Of a stretch of 64,000 nt of DNA, positions 1-12,700 are shown in pieces. Below the pieces are notes generated by a model, which did no database searches, had not been told where the DNA came from, and was given only the letters and a program-made list of their open reading frames with translations. Every line of letters starts with the position of its first letter. Within the stretch, counting starts at the first letter, position 1. The position numbers and the translations under genes are program-made. The stretch spans positions 40,238,001-40,302,000 of the forward strand of contig NC_091995.1 in assembly GCF_044704955.1 (NCBI RefSeq), written 5' to 3'. This stretch comes from Pristiophorus japonicus. Its lineage: Eukaryota.

Positions 1-110
1 TCCTTTAATTCCCCTGGTCTGGGCCCTGGTCCTTTAATCCCCACCAGTCTGGGCCCCGGGCACTGGTCCTTTAATCTCCACCAGTCTGGGCCGGTGTCCA
101 GACCGGTGTC
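1..110. repeat. End of a degenerate ~30-37-bp minisatellite (tcctttaatcccaccagtctgggccc-like unit)
   Basis: Unit core tcctttaat...gtctgggcc seen three times at the window edge. Confidence 0.7.
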
Positions 111-404
111 ATATTTCTGTTACATTTGTGTTAACATTTCCTTTATAATTTCCTGTATCAACCTTTATGTTTGAAGCAGCCACTGTAAGCTGATCATGCT
201 GTAATTATACTCTCCAACCACTGTCGAACTGCCTTGCTTTTCCCAGAGAAACTGCTGTATCTACTTCCCAAATTGAATAAATGTTGCTATTTAACTATTA
301 ATCTACTTATATTGTATTAGAAATGTTACGTACTGCCTGTCCACACAATCTTACTTCTTTTGTCACATTGGTTATCAATTTTGCCCCATTATCAATTCCT
401 ATGA

Positions 405-755
405 ATTAAGGACTTGGATAGAGTGAATACGGAGAAACTGTTTCCCGTGGCAAAGTTTGATAACCAGAGGACGCAGATTTAAGATAATTGGAAAAAGAAC
501 CAGAGGCGACATGAGGAGATTTTTTTATGCAACAAATTGTTGTGATCTGGAATGCAATGCTTGAAAGTGCGCTGGAAGCAGATTTAATAGCGACTTTCAA
601 AAAGGAATTGGATAAATACTTCAAGGGGAATATTTTGCAGTGCTATGGGTAAAGGGCAGAGGAGTGAGTCTAATTGGATAGCTCTTTAAAAGACTCGGAT
701 CAGGCATGATGGGTCAAATGGCCTCTTTCTGTGCTATATCATTCTATGATTCTAG
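405..755 (+). mobile_element. CR1-clade LINE 3' fragment
   Basis: Degenerate RT C-terminal coding sequence followed by the typical 3' UTR and ttctatgattcta tail. Confidence 0.8.
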
Positions 756-834
756 CCAACGTTAACAGGCTGTAATTGCACCCTTCCTCCAGTAGTGGCG
801 CTGTAATGCCTCAGTTTTATATTGCCCAACTCTT

Positions 835-3800
835 CATAGAATCATAGAATGGTTACTTTTAAAACCTGTGATTGAGGCTGCCTTCACAACCGTTTCAGGC
901 AGTGCATTCCAGATCCTAACAACTCACTGCGCAAATAAGATTTTTTTTCTTATGCTGCCTTTGGTTCTTTTATCTGTGTCCTCTGGTTATCGACATTACT
1001 GCCAATGGTAACAGTTTCTCTCTATCTACTTTGTCCAAACCCTCATGATTTTGAACACCTCTATCAAATTTCCTCTCAATCTTCTCTGCTCTAAGGAGAA
1101 CAACCCCAGCTTTTCCAGTCTATCCACGTAACTGAAGTCCCTCATTCCTGGAATAATTCTCATCAATCTTTTCTACACCCTCTCTAAGGCCTTCACATCC
1201 CTCCTAAAGTGCGGTGCCCAGAATTGGACACAATATTCCAACTGAGCCCGAACCAGTGCATTATTCAGGTTCATCATAATTTCCAAGCTTTTGTACTCTA
1301 TTACCTCTATTCATAAAGCCCAGGATTCCGTAAGCATTTTAAATGCTTTCTCAACCTGTCCTGCCACCTTCAATGATTTGTGCACATATACCCCTAAGTC
1401 TCTCTGTTCATGCACCCCCTTTAGGATTGTACCCTTTAGTTTATATATCCTCTCCTCATTCTTTCTACCAAAATGTATCAATTCACACTTTTCTGCATTA
1501 AATTTCAACTGCCACATTTCCGCCCATTCCACCTGCCTGTCTATGTCTTGAAATTTATCACTATCCTTCTCATTTTTAACTATACTTCCAAGTTTTGTGT
1601 CATCTGTAAATTTGTAAATTGTGCTCTGTACACCCACATCAAAGTAATTAATATATATCAAGAAAAGCAGTGGTCCTAGTACTGACCCCTGGGGAACACT
1701 ACTGTATACCTTCCTTCAGTCCGAAAAACAACCGTTCACTACTACTCTCTGTTTCCTGTCACTTAGCCAATTTCAAATCATATGCTACCACTGTCCCTTT
1801 ATTCCATGGTCTTCAACTTAGCTGGCAAGCCTATTATGTGTCACTTTGTCGAACACATTTTGGAAATCCATGTGCACCACGTCAAACACAATGCCTTCAT
1901 CAACCCTCTCTGTTACTTCATCAAAAAACTCGATCAATTTGGTTAGAAATGATTTGCCTTGAACAAATCCATACTGGCTTTCCTTAAGTAATCCACATTT
2001 CTCCAAATAACTATTAATTTTGGCCCTGGTTATTGTTTATAAAAGCTTCCCCACTACCGAGGTTAAACTGACTGGCCTATAGTTCCTGGATTTATCTTTA
2101 CACCCTTTTCTGAACAAGGGTGTAACATTTTCAATTCTCCAGTCCTCTGGCACCACCCCCGTTTCTAAGGAAGATTGGAAGATTATGACCAGTACCTCCG
2201 CAATTTCTTCCTTCACTTTCTTTAGCGTCCTGGTGACCTATCTACTTTAAGTACAGCCAGTCATTCTAGTACCTCGTCTTTATCAATTCTTATCCCATCC
2301 AGTATCTCCTTTACCTCCTCCTTTACTATGTCTATGGAAGCATCTTCGTCATTGTTGAAGATAGATGCTAAATACTCATTTAGTACCTCGGCCATACCCT
2401 CTGCCTCCATGCATAGCTCTCCTTTTTGGTCCATACTCAGCCCCACCCTCCTCTTATTTTCCCCTTTACTATTTATATGCCCGTAGAAGACTTTTCGATT
2501 ATGTGTTATCTTAGCTGCCATTCTATGCTCATACCCTCTCTTTGCTCCTCTATTTTTCACTTCTCCTCTGAACTTTCTATATTTAGCCTGATTCTCACAT
2601 GTATTCATGTATTCTCGACCTGACATCTGTCGTACGTGCACTTTTTTTGCTTTTCCTTACACTCTATAGATCTTACCATCATCCAGGGAGCTCTAAATTT
2701 AGTTGCCTTACCTTTCCCCCCTAGTGGCAATGTACCTCGACTGCACCCGAACTATTTTCTCTTCAAAGGCATCCCATTGCTCTACTACAGTTTTCCTTGC
2801 AATCTTTGATTTGAATCTACCGGGCCAGATCCGTTCTCATCCCACTGCAATTTGCCTTTTCCCAATTAAGTATTTTTACTGTAGGTTGCTCCCTGTCCTT
2901 TTCCATAACTAATCTAAACCTTATGATACTATGATCACTGTTCCCTAAATGTTCACCTACTGACACTTGACTTCCCTCAATCCCCAGACCCAGATCCAGC
3001 AATGCCTCCTTCGTTGGGCCAGAAACATACTGATCAAGAAAGTTCTCCTGAACACACCAGAAATTCTTCCCCCTCTCTACCCTTTACTCTATTATTATCC
3101 TAGTCTATATTAGGATAGTTGAATTATTACCCCAGTCTATATTAGGATAGTTGAATTATTATCCAGTCTATATTAGGATAGTTGAATTATTATCCTAGTC
3201 TATATTAGGATAGTTGAATTATTATCCCAGTCTATATTAGGATAGTTGATGTCCCCCATTATCACTGCTCTATAGTTCTTATGTCTCCCTGTAATTTCTC
3301 TGCAAATTTGCTCCTTCTTATTTTTCCCACTAGCTGGTGGCCTATTGAGTACACCTAGTAGTGCAATGGCACCTCTATTATTTCTTAACTCTAGCCATAT
3401 AGATTCTGTCCTTGACCCCTCCATAACATCCTCTCTCTCCAACACTAACATTTTCCTTAAACAATACAGCCACACTACCTTCTATATTTCCTTCTCTGGA
3501 TTATTCACGGCATAGTCTCAGAATAAGGGGCTACCCATTTAAAACTGAGATGCAAAGGAATTTCTTCTCTGAGGGTTGTAAATCTGTGGAATTCTCTGCC
3601 CCGGAGAGCTGTGGTGGCTGGGTCATTAAATATATTTAAGGCGGAGATAGGCAGATTTTTGAATGATAAGGGAATAAAGGGTTATGGAGAGCGGGCAGGG
3701 AAGTGGAACTGAGTCCATGATCAGATCAGCCATGATCTCATTAAATGGCAGAGCGGGTTCGAGGGGTCAAATGGCCTATTCCTGCTCCTACTTCTCGTGT

Positions 3801-4510
3801 TCTTGTGTTACCTTTTTGAACACCCTATATCCAGAAATATTTAATACCGAATCCTGTGCTTTTTTGAGCCTGGTCTCCATTATTGCCACGATATCATATT
3901 CCCAAGTGGCTATTTGCTCCTGCAGCCCACCAACTGTGTTTACTATGTATTATGCATTCACATACACACACTTTCAACCTATCTTAGACCATCCTGTATT
4001 CTCTCTTCGACTAACCCCACCTAATACCTTACTATTTCTTACATTAGTGCTATCCGTCTCTCCCAATCCTTTGTTTTTTCTTTCTAATGATACATCCTGG
4101 TGACCATCCCCCTGCCAAATTAATTTAAAGCCTCCCCCACAGCACTAGCAAATCTCCCCATGAGGATATTGGTAACGGCTCTGTTGAGGTGCAACCCATT
4201 TCAGCCTGTACAAGTCCCAGCTCCCTCACAACCGATCCCAATGCCCCAAGAATCTGAAGCCTTCCCTATGCACCATCTCTCCAGCCATGCATTAATCTGC
4301 TCTATCCACCTATTTCTATACTCACTCTCGCATGGCACCAGGAGTAATCCAGAGATTACTACCTTTTGAGGTCCTGCTTTTTAATCCCTTTCCTAGCTCC
4401 CTAACATCTGTCTGCAAGACCTCCTTCCTCTTCCTACCTATGCCGTTGGTACCGATAAGGACCATGATTTCTGGTTCTTCCCCCTCCCCCTCAGAATGTC
4501 CTGCAATGCT
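835..4510 (-). mobile_element. Decayed CR1-clade LINE (ORF1 esterase end, APE endonuclease, RT), with a small + strand CR1 3' fragment nested at ~3500-3805
   Basis: Minus ORFs: IGTNGIGRKRKEVL (ORF1 esterase-like), MGDINYPNIDW and LGNSDH (endonuclease), SQYGFVQGKSFLTKL and KFTDDTKL (RT); catagaatcatagaa tail at ~835. Confidence 0.9.
3091..3250. repeat. Tandem repeat, 5 x 31-32 bp, amplified from the LINE endonuclease sequence
   Basis: agtctatattaggatagttga recurs near 3102, 3134, 3165, 3197, 3229. Confidence 0.9.
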
Positions 4511-4702
4511 GTACACCTGTAAAAATATTATGTGCAAACCAACTCTACTTCTCACCCTTCATAATTTTCTGTGAACTTTGTTACTTAACTATATGTCATA
4601 TTAGAACATGCCAGAAATTATAAATTGGGGACTGAAATATGTTTTCACAGTATGGGCTAGTATTCCCTGTCCGCTAATCTTGTTACAATGAACTTGACTC
4701 CA

Positions 4703-5825
4703 TGGGGGTAATTTTGACTTTGGGTGAGAGTGTAAAATGGGCAATATTGGATTGGCTGTCCATTTTACACCCAGCCAGATTTCCATGTCCTTTTGAGATG
4801 AATGGAAGAAAATAAATCGGACAAGGATTATATTGGGCAGTCATTTTAATCTCACTCATTTTACACTATTGCCCAAAGAAAAAATGATTCCTAATGGATA
4901 GAATACTGTGTGCAGTGCATTCTGCTTTTTTGATAAACCATCTGCTGGATATAAGATGGCATTTGATCCTCAAACTTACATATCTACATTACAGATTATA
5001 TACATGCTTACCAATATCATTCAACAATTGCAATAACATGAATAATGATACTTACATTTAAAATTGACAATACAATTCAATAAACACAATATTGCCAATA
5101 TGATTCAATAATTGATATTTCCAATGTCATTCAGTAAATGTATTACTAATATCATTCATTAAGAGAAATATTACCATGAATCGTGGGGGGGGGGGGAGGG
5201 GGGGTTAATTTTTAATTGTGGCCATAGTGTAAGGCAGGCAATATCTGATCAGTGGCTTGTTATACACCTCACCCATTGGAAAGGGAATCCAAGCAAGGCG
5301 TGGAACGGGTGGCCGGTCCGATATTGACCGTTTTACATTTTTGCCGAAAGAGTTAAAAATTACCCCAATAAACATAATATGATTAGTTACATGTAAAATT
5401 GCCAGCAAAATCATTCAATAAATACAACAATGTAAATATCATTGATGAAATGTAATAATACCTATGTCATTTAATAATCATTGATTTTAAACTTTTAGCA
5501 CCAGGTGAAGTATATCCAATAGTTAATTGGCCATTCACTTGACACTATGTCCCATTTACAGAAAATCCAACGAGGTGGAAAACACACAGCTGATTCACAG
5601 GCGCCCAGATTTCACCTGCAGATAAAAATTGAGATTTCTCCCCAGAGTGGGATTCAACTTCAGCAGGGTTGCTAAATGGCAGTAGCGGAAAAGCCGCCTG
5701 TTATATACCCCAGCCTAGATTGCTGTGAAGTGAATGGAAAGGACAATCTGGCAGCATGTATGAAGGGCGGCCTCACTGCTACTGCCCATTTTACACCCAT
5801 CCAACATTGAATTTCACCCCCAGTA
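4703..5825. mobile_element. Cluster of short palindromic MITE-like elements in AT-rich sequence
   Basis: Imperfect terminal inverted repeats, e.g. ggggttaattttta...ttaaaaattacccc (~5200-5368) and gggggtaattttgactttggg...cccaaagaaaaaatgattcc (~4703-4892). Confidence 0.55.
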
Positions 5826-5933
5826 TTAACAATATCATTCATTTAGGTTAATGTTATCCTCCAGAGCTGGTGTAAAATGGGCGACATTCAAGTAGTTTCC
5901 CTTTATACACCTCGCCTGATGTTCCTTCCTATT

Positions 5934-6868
5934 CATAGAATCATAGAAATTTACAGCATGGAAGGAGGCCATTTTGGCCCATCTTGTCAGTGCCGACCAT
6001 CTTGTCAGAGCCTAATCCCATTTTCCAGCTCTAGGTCTGTAACCCTGCAGGTTTATGGTACTTCATGTGCACATCCAAGTACTTTTTTAAATGTGGTGAG
6101 TGTTTCTGCCTCTATCACCCTTTCAGGCAGAGAGTTCCAGACCCCCACAACACTCTGCTTGAAGATATTTCCCTTCAAATCCCCTCTAAACCTTCTACCA
6201 ATTACTTTAAAATGTATGCCCCTAGTTAGGGGAAATAGGCCCTTTCTATCCACTATATCTTGGCCCCTCATAATTTTATACACCTCAATGAGGTCTCCCC
6301 CCAGCCCCCTCTGTTCCAAGGAAAACAAATCCAGCCTATCCAATCTGTTCTCATAGCTAAGATTATTCACTCCCAGCAACATCCTCGTAAATCTCCTCTG
6401 CACCCTCTCCAGTGCAATCACGTCTTTCCTGTAATGTGGTGACCAGAACTGCACACAGTACTCCAGTTGTGGCCTAACCAGTGTTTTATACAGTTGAAGC
6501 ATAACCTCCCTGCTCTTGTATTTTATGCCTTGGATAACAAAGGCAAACATTCCATATGCCTTCTTATCTACCTGTCCTGCTACCTTCAGGGATCAGTGGA
6601 CATGCACTCCAAGGTCCCTTTGTTCCTCTACACTTCTCAGTGTCCTACCATTTAATGTGTATTCCTTTTACTTGTTAGCCCTCCCCAAATGGATTATCTC
6701 ACACTTCTCCAGATTAAATTCCATTTGCCACTGTTCTGACCAGTTGATTGATATTTTCTGGAAGTCCGCAGCTTTCTTCTTCATTATCAACCACATAGCC
6801 GATTTTAGTATCATCTGCAAACTTTTTAATCATATCCCCTATATTCAAATCTAGATCATTGATGTATA
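5934..6868 (-). mobile_element. 5'-truncated CR1 LINE with 7-bp target-site duplication, inserted into a MITE-like element
   Basis: RT motifs KFADDTK and LYKTLVRPQLEYCVQFWSP; TCCTATT flanks both ends (5927-5933 and 6869-6875). Confidence 0.9.
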
Positions 6869-6998
6869 TCCTATTGAAGGCAATGGAAGGGAAAATCCGC
6901 CAGGGTTTATAATGGGGTTCGATATGGTTGATGGTTGTTATCACCCAAGTTAAAATGACCCCATCGTTCGCTGCAGTCATTCCAATGAATCCACTCAC

Positions 6999-7259
6999 TT
7001 GATGTTTGGTTGTTCTGTTGCAGCCATCTATCAAGCTGTCCTTTGATGAGACCATGGAAACCAGCATAAGTGATTGTGTATTCATCCCAATAACTCTTGT
7101 CAAATGCTTCCGCTATCCATTGCTCTCTTGGAACTGTTATTTTCATATTGTTGTCGTAATAGACTATTTCACAGCCATCCAAACGTCCCAGAAAACTATA
7201 CCCTGGCAGATCAGTACTCCCATGGTTCAGGGTGTAGTAATATAGCAGAGAGTGAGACT
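6999..7259 (-). CDS. MHC class I heavy chain (non-classical), alpha1-domain exon (exon 2)
   Basis: Translation (E)SHSLLYYYTLNHGSTDLPGYSFLGRLDGCEIVYYDNNMKITVPREQWIAEAFDKSYWDEYTITYAGFHGLIKGQLDRWLQQNNQTS has class I alpha1 hallmarks (SHSL-Y7, D29, P47/W51, Y59-W60, N86-Q-T glycosylation site). 261 nt, phase 1/1, acceptor tgtttcag|AG, donor A|gtgagt. Confidence 0.93.
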
Positions 7260-8102
7260 CTGAAACATAATGAAACATATCCCCGTCATTGGCATATCAA
7301 ATATCAGAAATGTCAGTTTGCTCAACAGCTTGGGAAAGAATAATTGATTCAGAAAAATGAGAGATCACTGGATATTTTGTCACCACCCCTGTGTTAAAGC
7401 TTTGCAGAGAAGACAAAATGAGTCTTGATCGCAAATCTTATCCATTTACAAGAATATTCCCATTTTCGAAAAGAGAAAAAAATGTGGTGATTTGAATAAA
7501 TTACATAAGCTCCTCTCATTTGTAAATTTAAGTTATTAGTCCCATGACTGAACTGAGGTTTCTATGGTGATTTAGTGAGGAAGTGCGCCCAGCATTACGG
7601 TGCTAAGCCATGCAGAATCCATGCTTTGCATATGCCGAGTAATATACACCCAGCCCACTGGTTTTAGCAACATTAAAATTGGCCTCAGATTTCCTGAGCC
7701 ATGCTTCCTACTTCTTGGCTGCTCCACAGTCTCCCCTTCGGATAATTGTTCATGTGTGTGGTGAAGACAAACAGGGGAAAAGTTCCAACAGAAGAATACT
7801 CTAAGCCCCCACAAAAGGTAAAACTCTATCCCGGTGTTAATGGACACCATTAGGAAGGTAGGGTAAAAGTGAGAAAGATATGCTGCCCATTTTCTACTTG
7901 ACGCAATTGGTCAATGAGCATGTGAAGATGTTTACATTCCAACTCGAATATAACCTCAATAACTGAATATATTGCAACAGTGGCCATGCAGGAGTCAGGG
8001 TAGTTATGGGTTGCAGACTATTGAACTTTGGGGAAAAGAGTCCAGATACCACACGTACAATTGAGAAGTTACATAGATATTTGGTTTCTCTTGAAACAAT
8101 GA

Positions 8103-8398
8103 TGGGGCCGATTTTCAACTTGTGTCCCGGGAGTTAAACTGGCGTTGTGTATCAGCTACCAATTCCAGAAACCATTCGACTTCAAAAGAAACAAAATTGG
8201 GCAATTTCTACAATGTGCGGCCAATCTGAAAATCTACCTTGTCATAGGGTAATTTTCACTCTCGCCGCTGAGTGGAAATCTGTTGGTACAGGACCGGCCG
8301 CCAATTTGACACCCCACCTAATCTTGCTTTCCGTTAAATTGGGTGATGGACCCTCTATCCCAGCTTTCTACCCACCGGTGACAGTGTAAATCGGCCCC
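8103..8398. mobile_element. MITE-like element
   Basis: Terminal inverted repeat ggggccgattt ... aaatcggcccc. Confidence 0.6.
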
Positions 8399-8857
8399 TT
8401 TTGTCTGCCCAGTTGGGCAGATGTGGGGTGGAATTCACCTGAAGCCGGAGTGTGAAATGGGCGGTAAATGCTCCATGCAACTTTCCACTGAAGCCAATGA
8501 AGAGGAAAATCAGACGGGTTGTTTAATGAGGAACCAATCCACTTGCATGCGTTTCACAGCCCACCAAAGTTCATTTCTCTCCATAGATGCTATTTTACTG
8601 TGAAGGATTGATAGGGTATTCCATGCTCTATCAGACACGGGGTGGAAGGAGAACAGAAAATAGGTTTAAAAAGGGAGGCGGTTAGATGTTTTGGAAAAAG
8701 GCAGTGAGAGTCAGGAAACACATCCTGTCACACTACCATGTTGTTTTTCCTGATTTACTCTATCAAAACGGTTCATGGTATTGAACACCTCGATCAAATC
8801 TACTCTTTACCTTCATTGTTCTAAGGAGTACAATCCCAGATTCTCCAGTCTGCCACA

Positions 8858-9595
8858 TAGAACAGAGAACATAGAAAATAGGTGTAGGAGTAGGCCATTC
8901 GGCCTTCGAGCCTGCACCACTATTCAATAAGATCATGGCTGATCATTCACCTCAGTACCCCTTTCCTGCTTTCTCTCCATACCCCTTGATCCGTTTAGCC
9001 TTAAGGGCCATATCTAACTCCTTCTTGAATATATCCAATTAACTGGCATCAACAACTCTCTGCAGTAGAGAATTCCACAGGTTAACAACTCTCTGAGTGA
9101 AGAAGTTTCTCCTCATCTCAGTCTTAAATGGCTTAACCCTGCTTCTGGACTTCCCCAAAATCGGAAACATTCTTCCTGCATCTAACCTGTCCAGTCCCAT
9201 CAGAATTTTATATGTTTCTATGAGATCCCCTCTCATCCTTCTAAACTCCAGTGAATATAGGCCCAGTCGATCCAGTCTCTCCTTATATGTCAGTTCTGCC
9301 ATCCCGGGAATTAGTTTGGTGAACCTTCGCTGCACTCCCTCAATAACAAGAACGTCTTTCCTCAGGTTAGGAGACCAAAACTGAACACAATATTCCAGGT
9401 GAGGCCTCACCAAGGCCCTCTACAACTGCAGTAAGACCTCCCTGCTCCTATACTCAAATCCCCTAGCTATGAAGGCCAACATGCCATTTGCCTTCTTCAC
9501 CGCCTGCTGTACCTGCATGCCAACTTTCAATGACTGATGTACCATGACACCCAGGTCTCGTTGCACCTCCCCTTTTCCTAATCTGCTGCCATTCT
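8858..9595 (-). mobile_element. CR1 LINE 3' fragment
   Basis: ORF 9039-9413 VRPHLEYCVQFWSP...RRNFFTQRVVNLWN; acatagaa tail. Confidence 0.9.
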
Positions 9596-9752
9596 GTCCC
9601 CATCAAACACTCCTGAAGTCCATCATCCTTGGTATAATTCTAGTAAATCTCTCGCAATCTCTCGAAGGCCTTCCTAAAGTTTGCTGCCCAGAATTGAACA
9701 CAATATGGTAGATCAGGCCTAATCAGTGTTTTATGAAGGCTGAACATAATGT

Positions 9753-12700
9753 AGAATCATAGAATCATATACATTTACAGCACAGAAGGGGTCTATCTCG
9801 ACCCATTGTGTCCGCATCAGCTGACAAACAGCACTACAGCCTAATCCCACTTTCCAGCTTTTGGTCTGTAGCCTTTTAGGTTACGGCACTTCAAGTCCAT
9901 GTCCAAATACTTTTTTTAAGTGGTGAGGGTTTCTGCCTCTACCACCCTTTCAGGCGTTGAGTTCCATACCCCCACTGACCTCTGGGTGAAAGTATTTCCC
10001 CTCAAATCCCCTCTAAACCTCCTACCAATTACATTAAATCTATGCCTCCTCATTATTGACCACTCTGCTAAGGAAAATAGGTCCTTCCTATCCACTCTAT
10101 CTAGGTCCCTCATAAGTTTATACAACTCAATGAGGTCTCCCCTCAGCCTCCCCTGATCCAAGGAATACAAATCAAGCCTATCCAATCTTTCCCCATAGCT
10201 AAAATTCTCCACTCGCGGAAACATCCTCGTAAATATTCCCAGTGCAATCACGTCCTTCCTGTAATGCGGTGACATAGTACTCCAGCTGTGGCGTAACAAG
10301 TGTTTTGTACAGTTCAAGTATAACCCCGTTGCTCTTGTATTCCAAACCTTGGCTAATAAAGGCAAGCATTCCGTATGCCTTCTTAACCGCCCTATCAACC
10401 TGGCCTGCTACCTTCAGGGATATGTGGACATGCACTCCAAGATCCTTTTGTTCCTCTACACTTCTCTGTGTCCTACCATTAATGTGTATTCCCTTACCTT
10501 GTTAGACCTCCCCAAATGCATGACCTCACACTCCTCTGGATTGAATTCCATTTGCCACTGTTCTGTCCACCTGACCAGTTGATTGATATCTTCCTGCAGT
10601 CGGCAGCTTTCTTCTTCATTATCAACCACACAGCCAATTTTTGTATAATCTGCAAACTTCTTAATCATAGACCCTACATTCAAGTCAAATCATTGATGTA
10701 TACCACAAAAAGGTGGGACGTAGTACTGAGCCCTGCAGAACACCACTGGCAACAGCCTTCCAATCACAAACACACCCATCAACCATATCCCTTTGCTTCC
10801 TGCCTCTGAGCCACATTTGGATCCAACTTGCCACTTTCCCTTGGATCCCATGGGTGTTTACTTTCATGACCAGTCTGCCATGTGGGACCTTATCAAAAAC
10901 TTTGCTAAAATCTGTATACACTACATCAAATGCACGACCCTCATCGACCCTCCTTGTTATCTCCTCAAAAAATTCAATCAAGTTAGTCAGCCATTACCTG
11001 CTCTTAAAAAATTCATGCTGACTGGCCCCGATTAATCAGTGTCTTTCTAAAGGAAGATTTATCCTGTCCCTCTGAATTTTTTCCAGTAATTTTCCTACCA
11101 CCGAGGTTAGGCTGACTGGCCTATAATTACTTGGTCTAGCCCTGAGGAGAGACTGGATCGACTGGGCCTGTATTCACTAGAGTTTAGAAGAATGAGAGGG
11201 GATCTCATAGAAACATATAAAATTCTGACGGGACTGGATGCAGGAAGAATGAACTCGATGTTAAGGAAGTCCAGAACCAGGGGTCACAGTCTAAGGATAA
11301 GGGGTAAGCCATTTAGTTTCGAGATGAGGAGCTCTATAGATATGTGAAGAGAAAAAAATTAGTGAAGACAAATGTACGACCCTTGCAGTCGGATTCAGGT
11401 GAATTTATAATGGGGAACAAAGAAAAGGCAGACTAATTGAACAAATACTTTGGTTCTGTCTTCACAAAGAAAGACACAAATAACCTTCCGAAAGTACTAG
11501 GGGACCAAGGGTCTACTGAGAAGGAGAAACTGAAGGATAGCATTATTAGGCGGGAAATTGTGTTAGGGAAATTGATGGGATTGAAGGCCAATAAATCCCC
11601 ACGGCCTGATAGTCTGCATCCCAGAGAACTTAAGAAAGGGGCCCTAGAAATAGTGGATGCATTGGTGATCATTTTCCAACAGTCCATCGACTCGGGATCA
11701 GCTCCTATGGAGGGTAGCTAATGTAACACCACTTTTTAAAAAGGGAGGGCGAGAGACAGCGGGTAATTATAGACCGGTTAGCCTGACATCAGTGGTGGGG
11801 AAAATGTTGGAATCACTTATTAAGGATGAAATAGCAGCGTATTTGGAAAGCAGTGACAGGATCGGTCCAAGTCAGCATGAATTTATGAAGGGGAAATCAT
11901 GCTTGACAAATCTTCTAGAATTTTTTGAGGATGTAACTCGTAGAGTGGGAAGGGAGAACCACTGGATGTGGTGTATTTGGACTTTCAAAAGGCTTTTGAC
12001 AAGGTCCCACACAAGAGATTGGTGTGCAAAATCAAAGCACATGGTATTGGGGGTAATATACTGATGTGGATAGAGAACTGGTTGGCAGACAGGAATTAGA
12101 GAGTCGGGATAAACGGGTCCTTTTCAGAATGGCAGGCAGTAACTAGTGGAGTGCCACAGGGCTCAGTGCTGGGACCCCAACTCTTTACAATATATATCAA
12201 TGATTTGGATGAAGGAATTGAGTGTAATATCTCCAAGTTTGCAGATGACACTAAACTGGGTGGCGGTGTGAGCTGTGAGGTGGACGCTAAGAGACAGGTT
12301 AATTGAGTGGGCAACTTAATGGCAGATGCAGTATAACGTGGATAAATGTGAGGTTATCCACTTTGGGGGCAAAAACGCGAAGACAGAATATTATCTGAAT
12401 GGTGGCAGATTAGAAAAGGGAAATTGCAACAAGACCTGGGTGTCATGGTTCATCAGTCATTGAAAGTTGGCATACAGGTGCAGCAGGCGGTGAATAAGGC
12501 AAATGATATGTTGGCCTTCATAGCTAGGGGATTTGAGTATAGGAGCAGGGAGGTCTTACTGCAGTTGTACAGAGCCTTGGTGAGACCTCACCTGGAATAT
12601 TGTATTCAATTTTGGTCTCCTAATCTGAGGAAGGATGTTCTTGCTATTGAGGGAGTGCAGCGAAGGTTCACCAGACTGATTCCCGGGATGGCCGGACTGA

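Noticed and set aside
1-6998. Search for alpha2/alpha3/TM exons of the class I gene
   Set aside because: No H-T-x-Q...G-C or Ig C1 motifs seen in the non-repeat parts; presumed outside the window
6907-7278. Reading the 123-aa ORF as a single-exon gene
   Set aside because: Class I similarity is confined to 6999-7259 between consensus splice sites; the extensions are intronic
7899-7910. TGACGCAATTGG (CRE/C-EBP plus CCAAT) upstream of the alpha1 exon
   Set aside because: Motifs abut rather than being spaced as X2-Y, no X1 box, no leader exon downstream
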